Below, one piece after another: positions 1 through 10,428 of a stretch of 57,050 bases of DNA. The position numbers and the translations under genes were made by a program. A model generated the notes under the pieces. The model did not search any database. It saw only the letters and a program-made list of their open reading frames with translations, and was not told the origin of the DNA. The DNA lies in the NCBI GenBank assembly GCA_032718475.1, contig JAUCBJ010003463.1:1-57050 (forward strand). Reading direction: 5' to 3'. This DNA comes from Nemertoderma westbladi (lineage: Eukaryota; Animalia; Xenacoelomorpha). Each line of letters starts with the position of its first letter. Position 1 is the first letter of the stretch.

Positions 1-45
1 AAATAGCCCTAACACTATTATGAAAGGAACTCAAACAAACAAATG

Positions 46-1120
46 TCAATAGCGTCGTCCTGCGCGGGCATTTACTGAACGAGAGTTTTTTATCATAGGT
101 CTTCGAAAATTAGTAAAAGCTGGTTGATTTACTTTACTTTCATCTTCCTCGTTACCCAACTGTTTCTTAATTTTATTCAATTGTTCATTAATTTTCAGTA
201 ATTTACTTTTATTTCCCAGAACCTGTCTTAATATCTCTTCTCTATTTTCCTCATTTTCTTCCATTTGTTTAATAAATTTCCGCATTTGATTTTTGTTTCC
301 TAATATTTGTCTCAATATCTCTTCTTTATTTTCATCATTCTCTTCTAAATGTTTAATAAATTTCTGTAATTTAATTTTACTTCCTAGGACTTGGGTCAAT
401 GTCGCCTCTTTATTTTCTTCATTTTCCTTCAAATGTTTAATAATTTTCCGCAATTGATTCTTATTTCCAAGTAATTGCCTCTTTATTTCCTCATTATCAT
501 CATTTTCATCCTCTTCTCCGCTTTCCTGATCTTCACTTTCTTCACCCTCTTCCTGACCTTCGCTTTCTTCACCCTCTTCCCCGACCTTCACTTTCTTCAT
601 CCTCTTCCTGTTCTTCACTTTCTTCGTTCTCAACTTCACTTTCTTCATCCTCTTCCTGTTCTTCACTTTCTTCATTCTCTTCCTGACCTTCGCTATCTTC
701 ACCCTCTTCTTGACCTTCACTTTCTTCATCATCATCCTGATCTTCACTTTCTTCGTTCTCAACTTCACTCTCTTCAACTTCATCCTGACCCTCACTATTT
801 TCATTCTCCATCTCATCATCCTCTTCTTCTCCATCTTTCTCACTCAAATTTTCCTCATTTTCTAGGGGTAACTGTTTTTGTATCCCTTTCAAAATATTCA
901 TAACTTTATGAAATTTACTTTCCATTGTCTGTTTTATATTTAATATATCACGCTCATCTCTCTTTTTCTTTTCATCTTCACTAAAAATATCTTCGGATTT
1001 TTTAAATTTTTTTGGTAATGGAGCCATTAGTTTTTCCTTTCCATGTGTTTCCATATGACGAGATAAATTGTCTTGTCTCATTTCTTTATTACAGACCAAA
1101 CAAGTTTCATGTCTATGCAT
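46..1120 (-). pseudogene. Frameshifted gene (~357 aa if repaired): N-terminal C2H2 zinc finger, long Glu/Asp tract, C-terminal repeated coiled-coil
   Basis: ORF 569-1120 starts with CLVCNKEMRQDNLSRHMETH (C-x2-C-x12-H-x3-H) and runs into an EESE repeat. ORF 46-843 continues the same acidic repeat from ~580 and then repeated E(I/A)xxQxLGxKxxL units. One extra base in the C run at 579-582 separates the frames. No introns are apparent. Confidence 0.7.
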
Positions 1121-1260
1121 TATATAGCAATGTCAATTGATAATATTGAATTTTAGCTAAATGATTCTACAAAATTTTAAATAAATTAAACTTTTATGAA
1201 AATAAATAAAACTTTTTAATATAAAACTTAGAGAATGACTGGGAATGCGTTGAACGGGGG

Positions 1261-1420
1261 CTATTATAGAGGGAGGCTAGAATGGATTATCCAATCAGAG
1301 TGCGAGGGTGAGTTAGGCAGCCAATCAGGACTCGAGGGAGGAAAGTTAAACAGCCAATGAGAGAGCAGATGCGAGTACAGGGGTAAAGCGCCCGCCCATC
1401 CATGGTGAGATAACGTCACA
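1261..1420. promoter_or_regulatory. Putative promoter of the zinc-finger gene: three CCAAT boxes about 30 bp apart plus a TATA-like element
   Basis: CCAATCAG at 1291 and 1321, GCCAATG at ~1353, TATAATAG on the minus strand at ~1261-1268, CRE-like TAACGTCA at ~1411; 140-300 bp upstream of the ATG at 1120. Confidence 0.45.
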
Positions 1421-1577
1421 CTAACTCTCAAGGATAGTTATACTCACCATTCAAATATCCCTCGCAAACCAGATTCCCCCCCAGCATCTAACGTATTCCA
1501 CTTCAATGCAAAATATATAGAGCTTTAGTTGGATTTGAACCTGTGCTTGTAAACTCTTTTGTGCTCGTATATTGAAG

Positions 1578-2770
1578 TGAGGCATAGACTATGCCTCAGT
1601 GCCTCAGTGAGGCATAGTCTATGCCTCAGTGAGGCATAGTCTATGCCTCAGTGCCTCAGTGAGGCACTGAGTGAGGCATAGTCTATGCCTCAGTGAGTCA
1701 TAGTCTATGCCTCAGTGCCTCAGTGAGGCATAGTCTATGCCTCAGTGAGTCATAGTCTATGCCTCAATGCCTCAGTGAGGCATAGTCTATGCCTCAGTGA
1801 GTCATAGTCTATGCCTCAGTGCCTCAGTGAGGCATAGTCTATGCCTCAGTGAGGCATAGTCTATGCCTCAGTGAGTCATAGTCTATGCCTCAGTGCCTCA
1901 GTGAGGCATAGTCTATGCCTCAGTGAGTCATAGTCTATGCCTCAGTGCCTCAGTGAGGCCTAGTCTATGCCTCAGTGAGGCCTAGTCTATGCCTCAGTGA
2001 GGCATAGTCTATGCCTCAATGAGTCATAGTCTATGCCTCAGTGCCCCAGTGAGGCATAGTCTATGCCTCAGTGCCTCAGTGAGGCCTTAGTCTATGCCTC
2101 AGTGAGGCATAGTCTATGCCTCAGTGAGGCATAGTCTATGCCTCAGTGAGGCATAGTCTATGCCTCAGTGAGTGCATAGTCTATGCCTCAGTGAGGCATA
2201 GTCTATGCCTCAGTGCCTCAGTGAGGCATAGTCTATGCCTCAGTGCCTCAGTGAGGCATAGTCTATGCCTCAGTGAGGCATAGTCTATGCCCCAGTGAGG
2301 CATAGTCTATGCCTCAATGAGTCATAGTCTATGCCTCAGTGCCCCAGTGAGGCATAGTCTATGCCTCAGTGCCTCAGTGAGGCATAGTCTATGCCTCAGT
2401 GAGGCATAGTCTATGCCTCAGTGAGGCATAGTCTATGCCTCAGTGCCTCAGTGAGGCCTAGTCTATGCCTCAGTGAGGCCTAGTCTATGCCTCAGTGAGG
2501 CATAGTCTATGCCTCAGTGAGTCATAGTCTATGCCTCAGTGCCTCAGTGAGGCAGTGAGGCATAGTCTATGCCTCAGTGAGGCATAGTCTATGCCTCAGT
2601 GAGTCATAGTCTATGCCTCAGTGAGTCATAGTCTATGCCTCAGTGCCTCAGTGAGGCATAGTCTATGCCTCAGTGCCTCAGTGAGGCATAGTCTATGCCT
2701 CAGTGCCTCAATGAGGCATAGTCTATGCCTCAGTGAGTCATAGTCTATGCCTCGGTGAGGCATAGTCTGT
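1578..2770. repeat. Palindromic 22-bp tandem array (GAGGCATAGTCTATGCCTCAGT) with optional 8-bp GCCTCAGT modules
   Basis: Directly visible. Each unit is GAGGCATAG-t-CTATGCCTC and the junctions form GCCTCA-g-TGAGGC. There are no unique spacers. Confidence 0.97.
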
Positions 2771-2831
2771 GTCAAGTCTTAAATGAGAGTCTTACAAATT
2801 CGAACGTCAACGAACAAATTCGAAGGTTACT

Positions 2832-2925
2832 GTTCCACCTTGGTGTAGTGGTTGCGTAGAATTCACATCTCTCGTATGTCATGGGTTCGACCCCTGCATG
2901 AACCAGGGCAGTTTTCGTTCGGTCA
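2832..2925 (+). mobile_element. tRNA-like (Pol III) SINE head without body or tail
   Basis: A-box TGGTGTAGTGG and B-box GGTTCGACCC. Colinear with the 5' end of the SINE at 46245-45681 (GTTCCACCTTGGTGTAGTGGTTGC...GAATTCACATCTC...AGGGCAGTTTTCGTT). Confidence 0.75.
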
Positions 2926-4371
2926 GCAATAGGCCTAACGTTGCAAAATGCAGTATTATTGCCTAGTAACCAATTCATGGCTACCGTATGGTTTTCACTT
3001 TGAGACATTAAGCCCTCTAGCGGCAGACTGGGGAACTTCATACTACTCTGTGACTCTGCAAAAGATATAGCCTATGCCATAGTAGATGCCGATTGGGGGG
3101 TCAAATTAAGTAATAATATATCTAAATAAGTCTCAAACATCTTGCCTCATGGCTCGCCCCTTAGAACTCTTAAGCAATATAACTTCATAGTTTTTAAGGA
3201 AAACTGGTAAATGAGATGTGTTAATTACGCATACCTCGCAGTCTTAAGTAATTAATTATACAGTAGGTTAGATCGTTTTGAGAATAGGACCATTGGAAAC
3301 AGCGCCCTCGATAACCTCAGTACAAAGAAAATTAATACGGATTAACCGGATATAGCTTGTTATTATAAATTATAATACAGTAGAACATAGGGTTGTAAAT
3401 AAAAACAAATTAAATTGAAGATAAACTGTATATATATAAACTTATGTATTAAAAGAGGGCCCTATTTAATTATACAGTATACTGAAAATGGTTAGCGATA
3501 CCATAATTAGATTATCGATAGGGATGCGGCTTCCTTAAATGAGGCAATCCTGACGCAGCACAAAGAATTTTAAGAGGGGCCCCGATAAATTGCTCATTCA
3601 TGCGTAACTGGTAACCTAGGCGATAGCTTGTCTTAAGTTTAGGCCCTTTGCTAACATTAACTCCAAAATAGTTACCAGTAGGGGAGCTGTATACCCTATG
3701 GCTAAATAAGGCTGCAAGTCTATGGTTAGATGCTTCCAATAATGATCTCATTTAGTAGCGGTAAGTAATATAAAAACTAATTAATCTAAAAATAGAAATC
3801 AATATATAAAATAAAAGTAATACAATTAATTAATTTAAAATAAAGTACAAATGAATAAATAAAGTAAAATAGAATACAATTAATTAATTTAAAATAAACT
3901 ACAAATGAATAAATAAAGTCAAATAGAATACAAATAATTAATTAAAATTAGGTACAAATAAATAGTTAAATTGAAAATAACAAAGTTAGAGAAGATGTTA
4001 ATTTTCAGATAATACGCCCTCTAGCGGCAGACTATGGAACTGCAGGCGGTTGGATATATGTAAGAGTAATTAGTAATCAGAGCTGTCACGGGGTGGGGGG
4101 CAGGGGCGCTTGGATACAACTATCATTAATATGCTGTTGCTTGGTTAAAGCTAATTGAGGGGTCAAAGGTCAAAGGTCAACGAAAAAGCTGTCTGGATAT
4201 AGATAAGAGTAATTAGTTACCAGTAAGGGAGCTGTATACCCATAAAGTACAAATGAATAATTAATATAAAATTAAATACAGAATAAAATAAAATCAAATA
4301 ATTAATTAAAATTAAATATAAATAAATAAGTATTAATGAATAAAAGAGCTGCGGTGTCACTTATGACACCC

Positions 4372-4678
4372 TCTTGGCCCTCTCGGCGACAGTTAGACAT
4401 CACTGATGACCCATTGTGTGTCAGGGCGCTAATCAGTCTGATTAATTAGGATAATCAATTAAACCCTAATTAGGAGTCATATGACACCTGTTAGGGTTTA
4501 ATTGTACTAATTAATTGATGACACCTGTCAATTAGGGTCTAATTAGCCTAATTGGGAGGTGTCACCCAGACAGTCTGGCGCCAATGACACCCAATGACAC
4601 CCATAGGGTGATAATTGGGTGTCATATGACACCCAATGGGTGTCAGTGAGGTCTAACTGTCGCCGAGCCGGACCAAGA
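4372..4678. repeat. ~300-bp imperfect, branched terminal hairpin
   Basis: TCTTGG..CTCGGCGACAGTTAGAC.TCACTGA..ACCCATTG (4372-4416) is the near reverse complement of 4634-4678. Internal palindromes include GGGTGTCATATGACACCC and CTAATTAG. Confidence 0.9.
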
Positions 4679-4688
4679 CCCTACTACT

Positions 4689-5646
4689 AATGGGTGTTAA
4701 TTATCACATCTATGCCGACGACAATCAGGTATTTATGGCCTTCAAGTCACTGGATTCATCAGCTGTTTCTTCTGCAATTCAAGAATGCGTGAATGCAATT
4801 AACCTCACACTAACTCAGTTGAAGCTCAATGATTCTAAAACGGACATTATATTAATTGGTAGAGGAGATCAGTTTACAGAGTTTACATCTAGTTTCTCAG
4901 TTAATCTCGGGGGAAATGTTATCCATACGCAGACACGTCTATCAAAACTCTCGGAGTGACACTTGATAGCGATCTTAGAATGAATACTCACGTTAACAAC
5001 ATAATTCGCATACTTAATTATCACTTGAGGAACATAAGGCGCATTCGTAAACACCTTTCCACTGAAAACGCAAAGAAATTAGTAAACGGCCTTATAGTCT
5101 CACGTCTAGATGCGAACAACTGTTTATTATATGGTATTACTGAGGATAAACTTGATAGGCTTCAAGTGGTTCAAAATGCTTGCGCCAGGCTAATCTTTAA
5201 CCTGCCCAAGTCTGCTCACATCACCGATTACCTCAAGCTATTACATTGGCTCCCTGTGAGATCTCGGATCAAGTATAAGATAGCTTTATTGACATGGCGG
5301 GCGCTAAATAATATGGGTCCAAAATATATTATTGATCTACTGGTCCTCAATACCTTTCATCACGAACTCCTTACCTTTGGACACTAACAATACCCCGATA
5401 CAACCTAAAGACGTATGGTGCCCGATCGTTCGCATACGCGGCACCAGTTATTTTTAACAGACTACCATTGGAACTAGAACTTCCACTGACCTTAAGAAGT
5501 TCAAATCTGATCTGAAAACCGAACTATTCACCCGTCATTACCAATAACTACTTAGGAATTGGTATCGCTGTGCGTACTTTCAAAGCGCCTTTGAACCTTC
5601 TTGGTAAAGGCGCTATATAAATATATGTTTTATTATTATTATTATT
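4689..5646 (+). mobile_element. 5'-truncated non-LTR retrotransposon (L2/Crack-like, CR1 group): RT C-terminus plus 3' tail
   Basis: YADD motif, LKLNDSKTDIILIG, SRLDANNCLLYG, LQVVQNACARLI, LHWLPVRSRIKYKI. Frameshift near 4950. 3' stem-loop GCGCCTTT...AAAGGCGC followed by a (TAT)n tail. Confidence 0.93.
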
Positions 5647-6159
5647 TGTTACGTAATTTTATAGTTGTATAGTATTTTTCGAATTGAGTGTATTTAAGCT
5701 ACTATAGTGTATTTTGGGCACCCCCCCCCCCCCCCCCCCACCAAATTTTTAATACTAGTTAGTTTTTGCTACGTTTTTTAAAACATATTAGCTATTAATT
5801 AAGAAAAATATTAGTGTTCTAGAACACACATTTTTGTTATTGATTACCGGTAATTTCTATTAATTATTTTTATTTATATGGATCCGGACAATTCCGACCC
5901 ATGCAAATTTAATTCGATCTCTGAGTGGGTCGGATTTGTCCGGGTCGGAATTGTCCTAGTTTCATCAGAGCACCAGTGAGGAATTCAAACTTAAGAGTGG
6001 ATCCAATCTTATAAAGTGGTAGTTTACGACTTTTAGTAATTAATTGTATTCAAAATATTTATAAACTTAATCAAAAATAATTGTGTCAATTATTTTAAAA
6101 AATATAATGTAACCAAAATTAATTGCAATATTCGCGTTCCCTAGCAACCAGCGATTACG

Positions 6160-6852
6160 TCACAATTCATCGCGCTTCGTCGAACGAGGTAAATGTTTAC
6201 TAACCAACCGAACGATATCGTCCGGAATTCTAGAATCTATAACGACAGCGTCCCGCAAACCGCGGAACAACTTCACCGTGGGGTAACCGCTGATACCCAA
6301 GGAGTCGCAGAACCAGCCGTACTGAGTGCAGTCCACAGACCCAGCGGAGACACCCAGCGGCTCGAGGAGGGAGGCGGCCCGCTCGAAGGCGGGAGCGAAC
6401 TGGGTACAGGGCCGGCACCACGGGGCGTAGAAGTCCACCACCCAGGGGCGACCGCCCGCCCCAACCAACCGGTTGAAGGATGTCTCGGTCAAGGGGCGAG
6501 CCACCTTGGGTAGCAGTTCGTTGGCCCAGTAGCGAATATTGTCCGTGTCCAACCAACCCCGGTACACCCGTTTGGCCCCCCCGCCCCCCGGGTACCCCCT
6601 CACCGTGGGGTAACTTCCGATGCCCTCCTGACTGCACAAACTGCCTTGCTCCGCGCAGTCCACGTGGCACACTGTGATTGGTCCGTCTTTGAGGGACCGC
6701 CCCAATCGACGCCATTGGGTAAGAAATCGACGACAAGGGGCGCAATCCCGATGGTGGAAGTTTATTAGTACCACAGTCGACTTATTGCCTCGACCAATCA
6801 CTGAGTTGAAATTAATTCCCGTTAGTTCTAAAACCGATGGACTAAGGATATC
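6160..6852 (-). CDS. DNAJC10: DNAJC10/ERdj5 exon 5 (last): thioredoxin domains CAPC and WCRPC, C-terminal RDEL
   Basis: Acceptor ttgcag|GAT at 6852 (phase 0); two Trx folds; ER-retrieval signal RDEL then stop. Confidence 0.93.
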   Translation of the reverse strand, partial: DILSPSVLELTGINFNSVIGRGNKSTVVLINFHHRDCAPCRRFLTQWRRLGRSLKDGPITVCHVDCAEQGSLCSQEGIGSYPTVRGYPGGGGAKRVYRGWLDTDNIRYWANELLPKVARPLTETSFNRLVGAGGRPWVVDFYAPWCRPCTQFAPAFERAASLLEPLGVSAGSVDCTQYGWFCDSLGISGYPTVKLFRGLRDAVVIDSRIPDDIVRLVSKHLPRSTKRDEL

Positions 6853-6869
6853 CTGCAAACGGGAAAACA

Positions 6870-7962
6870 GTGAAATAAAGTAAATGAAATAAAGTTGGGA
6901 AATAAAATAAGTGAAAAAAAAGTAAGTGAAATAAAGTAAGAAAAATAAAGTAAGTAACACAAACTAAGTAAAATAAAGTAAGTAAAATAAAGTAAGTAAC
7001 ACAAAGTAAGTAAAATAAAGTACGTAAAATAAAGTAAGTAAAATAAAGTAAGTAACACAAAGTAAGTAAAATAAAGTACGTAAAATAAAGTAAGTAAAAT
7101 AAAGTAAGTAACACAAAGTAAGTAAAATAAAGTAAGTAAAATTAAGTAAGTAAAATAAGTACGTAAAAAAAAGTAAGAGAAATAAAGCAAGTAAAATAAA
7201 GTAAGTAACACAAAGTATGTAAAATAAAGTAAGTAAAATAAAGTAAGTAAAATAAAGGTAGTGAAATAAAGTAAGTAAATAAAGTAAGTAAAATAAAGCA
7301 AGTGAAAAAGTAAATGAAATAAAGGAAGTAAAATAAAGTAAGTAACACAAAGTAAGTAAAATAAAGTAAGTATTCTAAGTAAAATAAAGTAACTGAAAAA
7401 AGTAAGTGAAATAAAGTAAGTAAAATAAAGTAAGTGAAATAAAGTAAGTAAAATGAAGTAAGTAACACAAAGTAAGTAAAATAAAGTACGTAAAATAAAG
7501 TAAGTAAAATAAAGTAAGTGAAAAAAAGTAAGTAAAATAAAGGTAGTTAAATAAAGTAAGTAAATAAAGTAAGTAAAATAAAGCAAGTGAAAAAGTAAAT
7601 GAAATAAAGGAAGTAAAATAAAGTAAGTAACACAAAGTAAGTAAAATAAAGTAAGTATTCTAAGTAAAATAAAGTAACTGAAAAAAGTAAGTGAAATAAA
7701 GTAAGTAAAATAAAGTAAGTGAAATAAAGTAAGTAAAATGAAGTAAGTAACACAAAGTAAGTAAAATAAAGTACGTAAAATAAAGTAAGTAAAATAAAGT
7801 AAGTAAAATAAAGTAAGTAATACAAAGTAAGTAAAATAAAGTACGAAAAATAAAGTAAGGAAAATAAGGTACGAGAAATAAATTAAGTGAAATAAAGTAA
7901 GTAAAATAAAGTAAGTAAAAAAAGTAAGTGAAACAAAATAATTAAAATAAAGTAAGTGAAAT
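6870..7962. repeat. Intronic ~14-bp minisatellite (AAATAAAGTAAGTA)n with an internal ~300-bp duplication
   Basis: Directly visible; it generates the spurious L/F/Y/T-rich ORFs. Confidence 0.95.
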
Positions 7963-8428
7963 ATATTAACGGTGGATAAATTTTATGGGACGACCGGCGT
8001 TCCTCTCATATAACAAAATAAATTTGATAATTAATTAATTAAACTCACTTATCGACCTTTCAATAAAGAATTTATTACTTATTAAAGAAATCAAACTTTC
8101 AATGAAATTATAAAGGGAAATCTCTAAAAGATTCCGGTTCAACTAAATATATTAAATATCACTAAATAAGGGAAAGGACCAGGTTATAGTGGCACGTTAT
8201 TGTATGTAACCAAAACAATAAACAGGTTATAGTTATGTTTTTGATGATAAAAATATATTTTAGTGATAATTCATATTTTTATTATTATTTTATATTAGAC
8301 CGACAACAATTTAGTAAGAAAACCATTCAATTTGGTGGAAAAAGCAACTGTTTTAGTAACCAATTAAATTTACATGATTAATTATTACAAACTTATTGTT
8401 TGGTCAGGTTAAGGATTAAGGAACTCAC

Positions 8429-9110
8429 TTGTACGAATTCAACCAACTGATCTGAGGAATGTAACCCGTTTAGATAGTGCGGTACAGTTTGGTTAAATAG
8501 AATGGTGGTGGGGTAAGTGGAGACACCGTGGTGTCGACACAGCTGGGAGTGAACGGAGCAGTCCACAGTGCCGAAACGCACCGCAGGGAGGCGTTGCGAG
8601 GCGCGTCGCCAATGCGGGAGCAACCGCTGGCAGGGGGGGCACCAGGGGGCGTACCAGTCCACGAACCAGGGTGTGTCGACGGGCAGCGGGAACCAGCTGG
8701 GATCGAGAGCGCGACTCCGACTCGTCGACGAACTCCGGACGAACTCCGCCAGTTCGTAAACGGAACTCTTGGCGACCTCGTGGTGGAACTCGTAGGAGCC
8801 GTCGGGGCGGAATAAACCGAGGGCGGGGAGCCGCGCCGTTGCGTAAACCGACGCGCAAACAGCGGGCGCCGCGCGGCAGTTAACGAAGGCGACTCGGAGG
8901 TTTATCTGGGGGGATAGGAGGACGGGAATCCGTCGGAGAGTGAGTTCGGTAGGCGGGTCGAGGAGGTCGGAGAAGTGGACGAGGAGAGGGAGGTCGGAGG
9001 GCCGGGATCGGAAGGTTAGGAGGTCCGGGAAGGAGTCGAGCGGAGCGAGGAGTTTAACGAGTTCGAACTGAATCTCTTCTTCGTCAAGAGAATCTAAATG
9101 AATTCCAGAA
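8429..9110 (-). CDS. DNAJC10: DNAJC10 exon 4: redox-inactive Trx-like segment plus WCPPC domain
   Basis: Acceptor tcgcag|T at 9110 (phase 2). Open frame SGIHLDSLDEEEI...WFVDWYAPWCPPC...EFVQ. Donor CAA|gtgagt at 8429. Confidence 0.88.
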
Positions 9111-9714
9111 CTGCGAGAAAATAATAAATATTAATATAAATGAAAACATTGGAAACAAAATACCAATTATTAAATTGATTAACTTTTCATTATTCAGTTA
9201 TTATTGGATAACATCTAGATTTAATAAACGTGTACAGGCACCTTAATTCCGGGGCTTAATGTCCCGGAATGGTGTCGTAATTAATCCCCCCCCCCCCCCC
9301 CCATCCCCACATTTATCTAACAATCTTAATAGGATTGTATGACATTTTCTACCAGAGGCGCAATAAAACGAATGTTTTACAAACATTCTTGTAGCTAATG
9401 ATTCTGAAGACGATTATAAAAATTCTGGTTCCCCTGCAAGGAAGAAGGTGATGAAGCTATCTCTCACTAAGATTTGTATTTAACTTTTTTTGAATGGGGG
9501 AGGGGGGCATTCGGTCGTGCCAATGAATTACGACTCTATATTCCGGGATATAGTCTAACGGTATACAGAAATAATATGTAACATTGTAACTAATAGAGCA
9601 CATCACAGAAATAAGTGAATGAAAATGGGTCATCCAACTCGGACAGCAGAAAATAATATTCAAATATATAAAATATAAATAACGGATTCATTGCCAGATT
9701 TTCATGACACTACA

Positions 9715-9915
9715 TCCTACTACTACTACTACTATAATCGGCCTGCCGCATTGAAACTGAACATTGAGATACTATGCCGGCAAAGCAAAAACATTTTGTC
9801 ACAGCCATGCAATCCACAATTGACAAGCCCAATGCAGCGTGCATTAAGAATGCTATGCCGGCTTATCAACAACGTTGCACCGCCTCAACTTCCTATCCCC
9901 CATGACTTTCGCGAG
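9715..9915 (-). mobile_element. 3' end fragment of an RTE-like LINE with (TAG)n tail
   Basis: Reverse complement matches 47850-48047 (CATGAGGGGATAGGAAGTTG...GCAACGTTGTTGATAAGCCGGCA...CAGTTTCAATG). Confidence 0.8.
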
Positions 9916-10223
9916 ATTATTTTGTTAAATAAAAAAGACACTTAATTTACAACTGTTAAAGTCATATACTTTTTATATATTCATCATATTATTTTTCATA
10001 TTCATATCTTTTTAATGCACTCTATAAACTTGGTCATTTACGAATATAGTTAGTGCACAGTGGTGCATTACTTTACTCGACCCTATTGCAAGTCTCGTTA
10101 CGCTCGTTCTCTTCATTTGGTCGCCGTAATATATAGCCTACAACAAGGTGAAAAGAGCTCAGCCTTTACGTTTACATTTAAACTTTATGGGAGCTCAAAT
10201 TGAGCACCCTTATTCTTAAATAA

Positions 10224-10428
10224 AACGCGGATGCGGATCCGGATTCTACATTTAACATTGTCCCTACGGAAGTAGATTTTTTTACATTTTTATAACTCCC
10301 AAAAATAAAACTATAACATGTTCTATTGACTTTAGTTTATTGTTTTGGTTAAAATAACGTGCCACTGTAACCTGCCCCTTTACCTTAATTTATAATTTTG
10401 AAATCCGGATCCGCGTTTTACACCTACA
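10224..10428. mobile_element. Miniature deletion derivative of the 13964-18387 foldback element
   Basis: Ends TAAAACGCGGAT..GGATCCGGATTCTA-CATTTAACATTGTCCCTA.GGAAGT and ATCCGGATCCGCGTTTTACACCTAC match the two termini of the large element. Confidence 0.75.

Larger units (their letters stand above)
1..4688. mobile_element. Probable end of a Polinton/Maverick-like (virus-like) element; the other end lies outside the window
   Basis: Ends in ...CCCTACTACT (5'-AGTAGTAG on the minus strand, the typical Polinton terminus) directly against a LINE RT remnant. Subterminal hairpin, repeat arrays and an intronless small gene. No pPolB, integrase or capsid gene in the window, so the call is inferential. 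Confidence 0.5.

Noticed and set aside
1578-2770. CRISPR-like appearance of palindromic repeats (also the 53-, 63- and 33-bp arrays)
   Set aside because: No unique spacers, no cas genes, and the context is eukaryotic; these are tandem repeats.
2832-2905. Possible tRNA genes here and at 50863-50935
   Set aside because: A and B boxes are present but I cannot build a convincing cloverleaf, and the sequences continue into SINE bodies found elsewhere in the window.
6828-7825. Several L/F/Y/T-rich membrane-like ORFs and the N-terminal part of ORF 6160-6960
   Set aside because: Translations of the 14-bp intronic minisatellite; the real exon starts at 6852.
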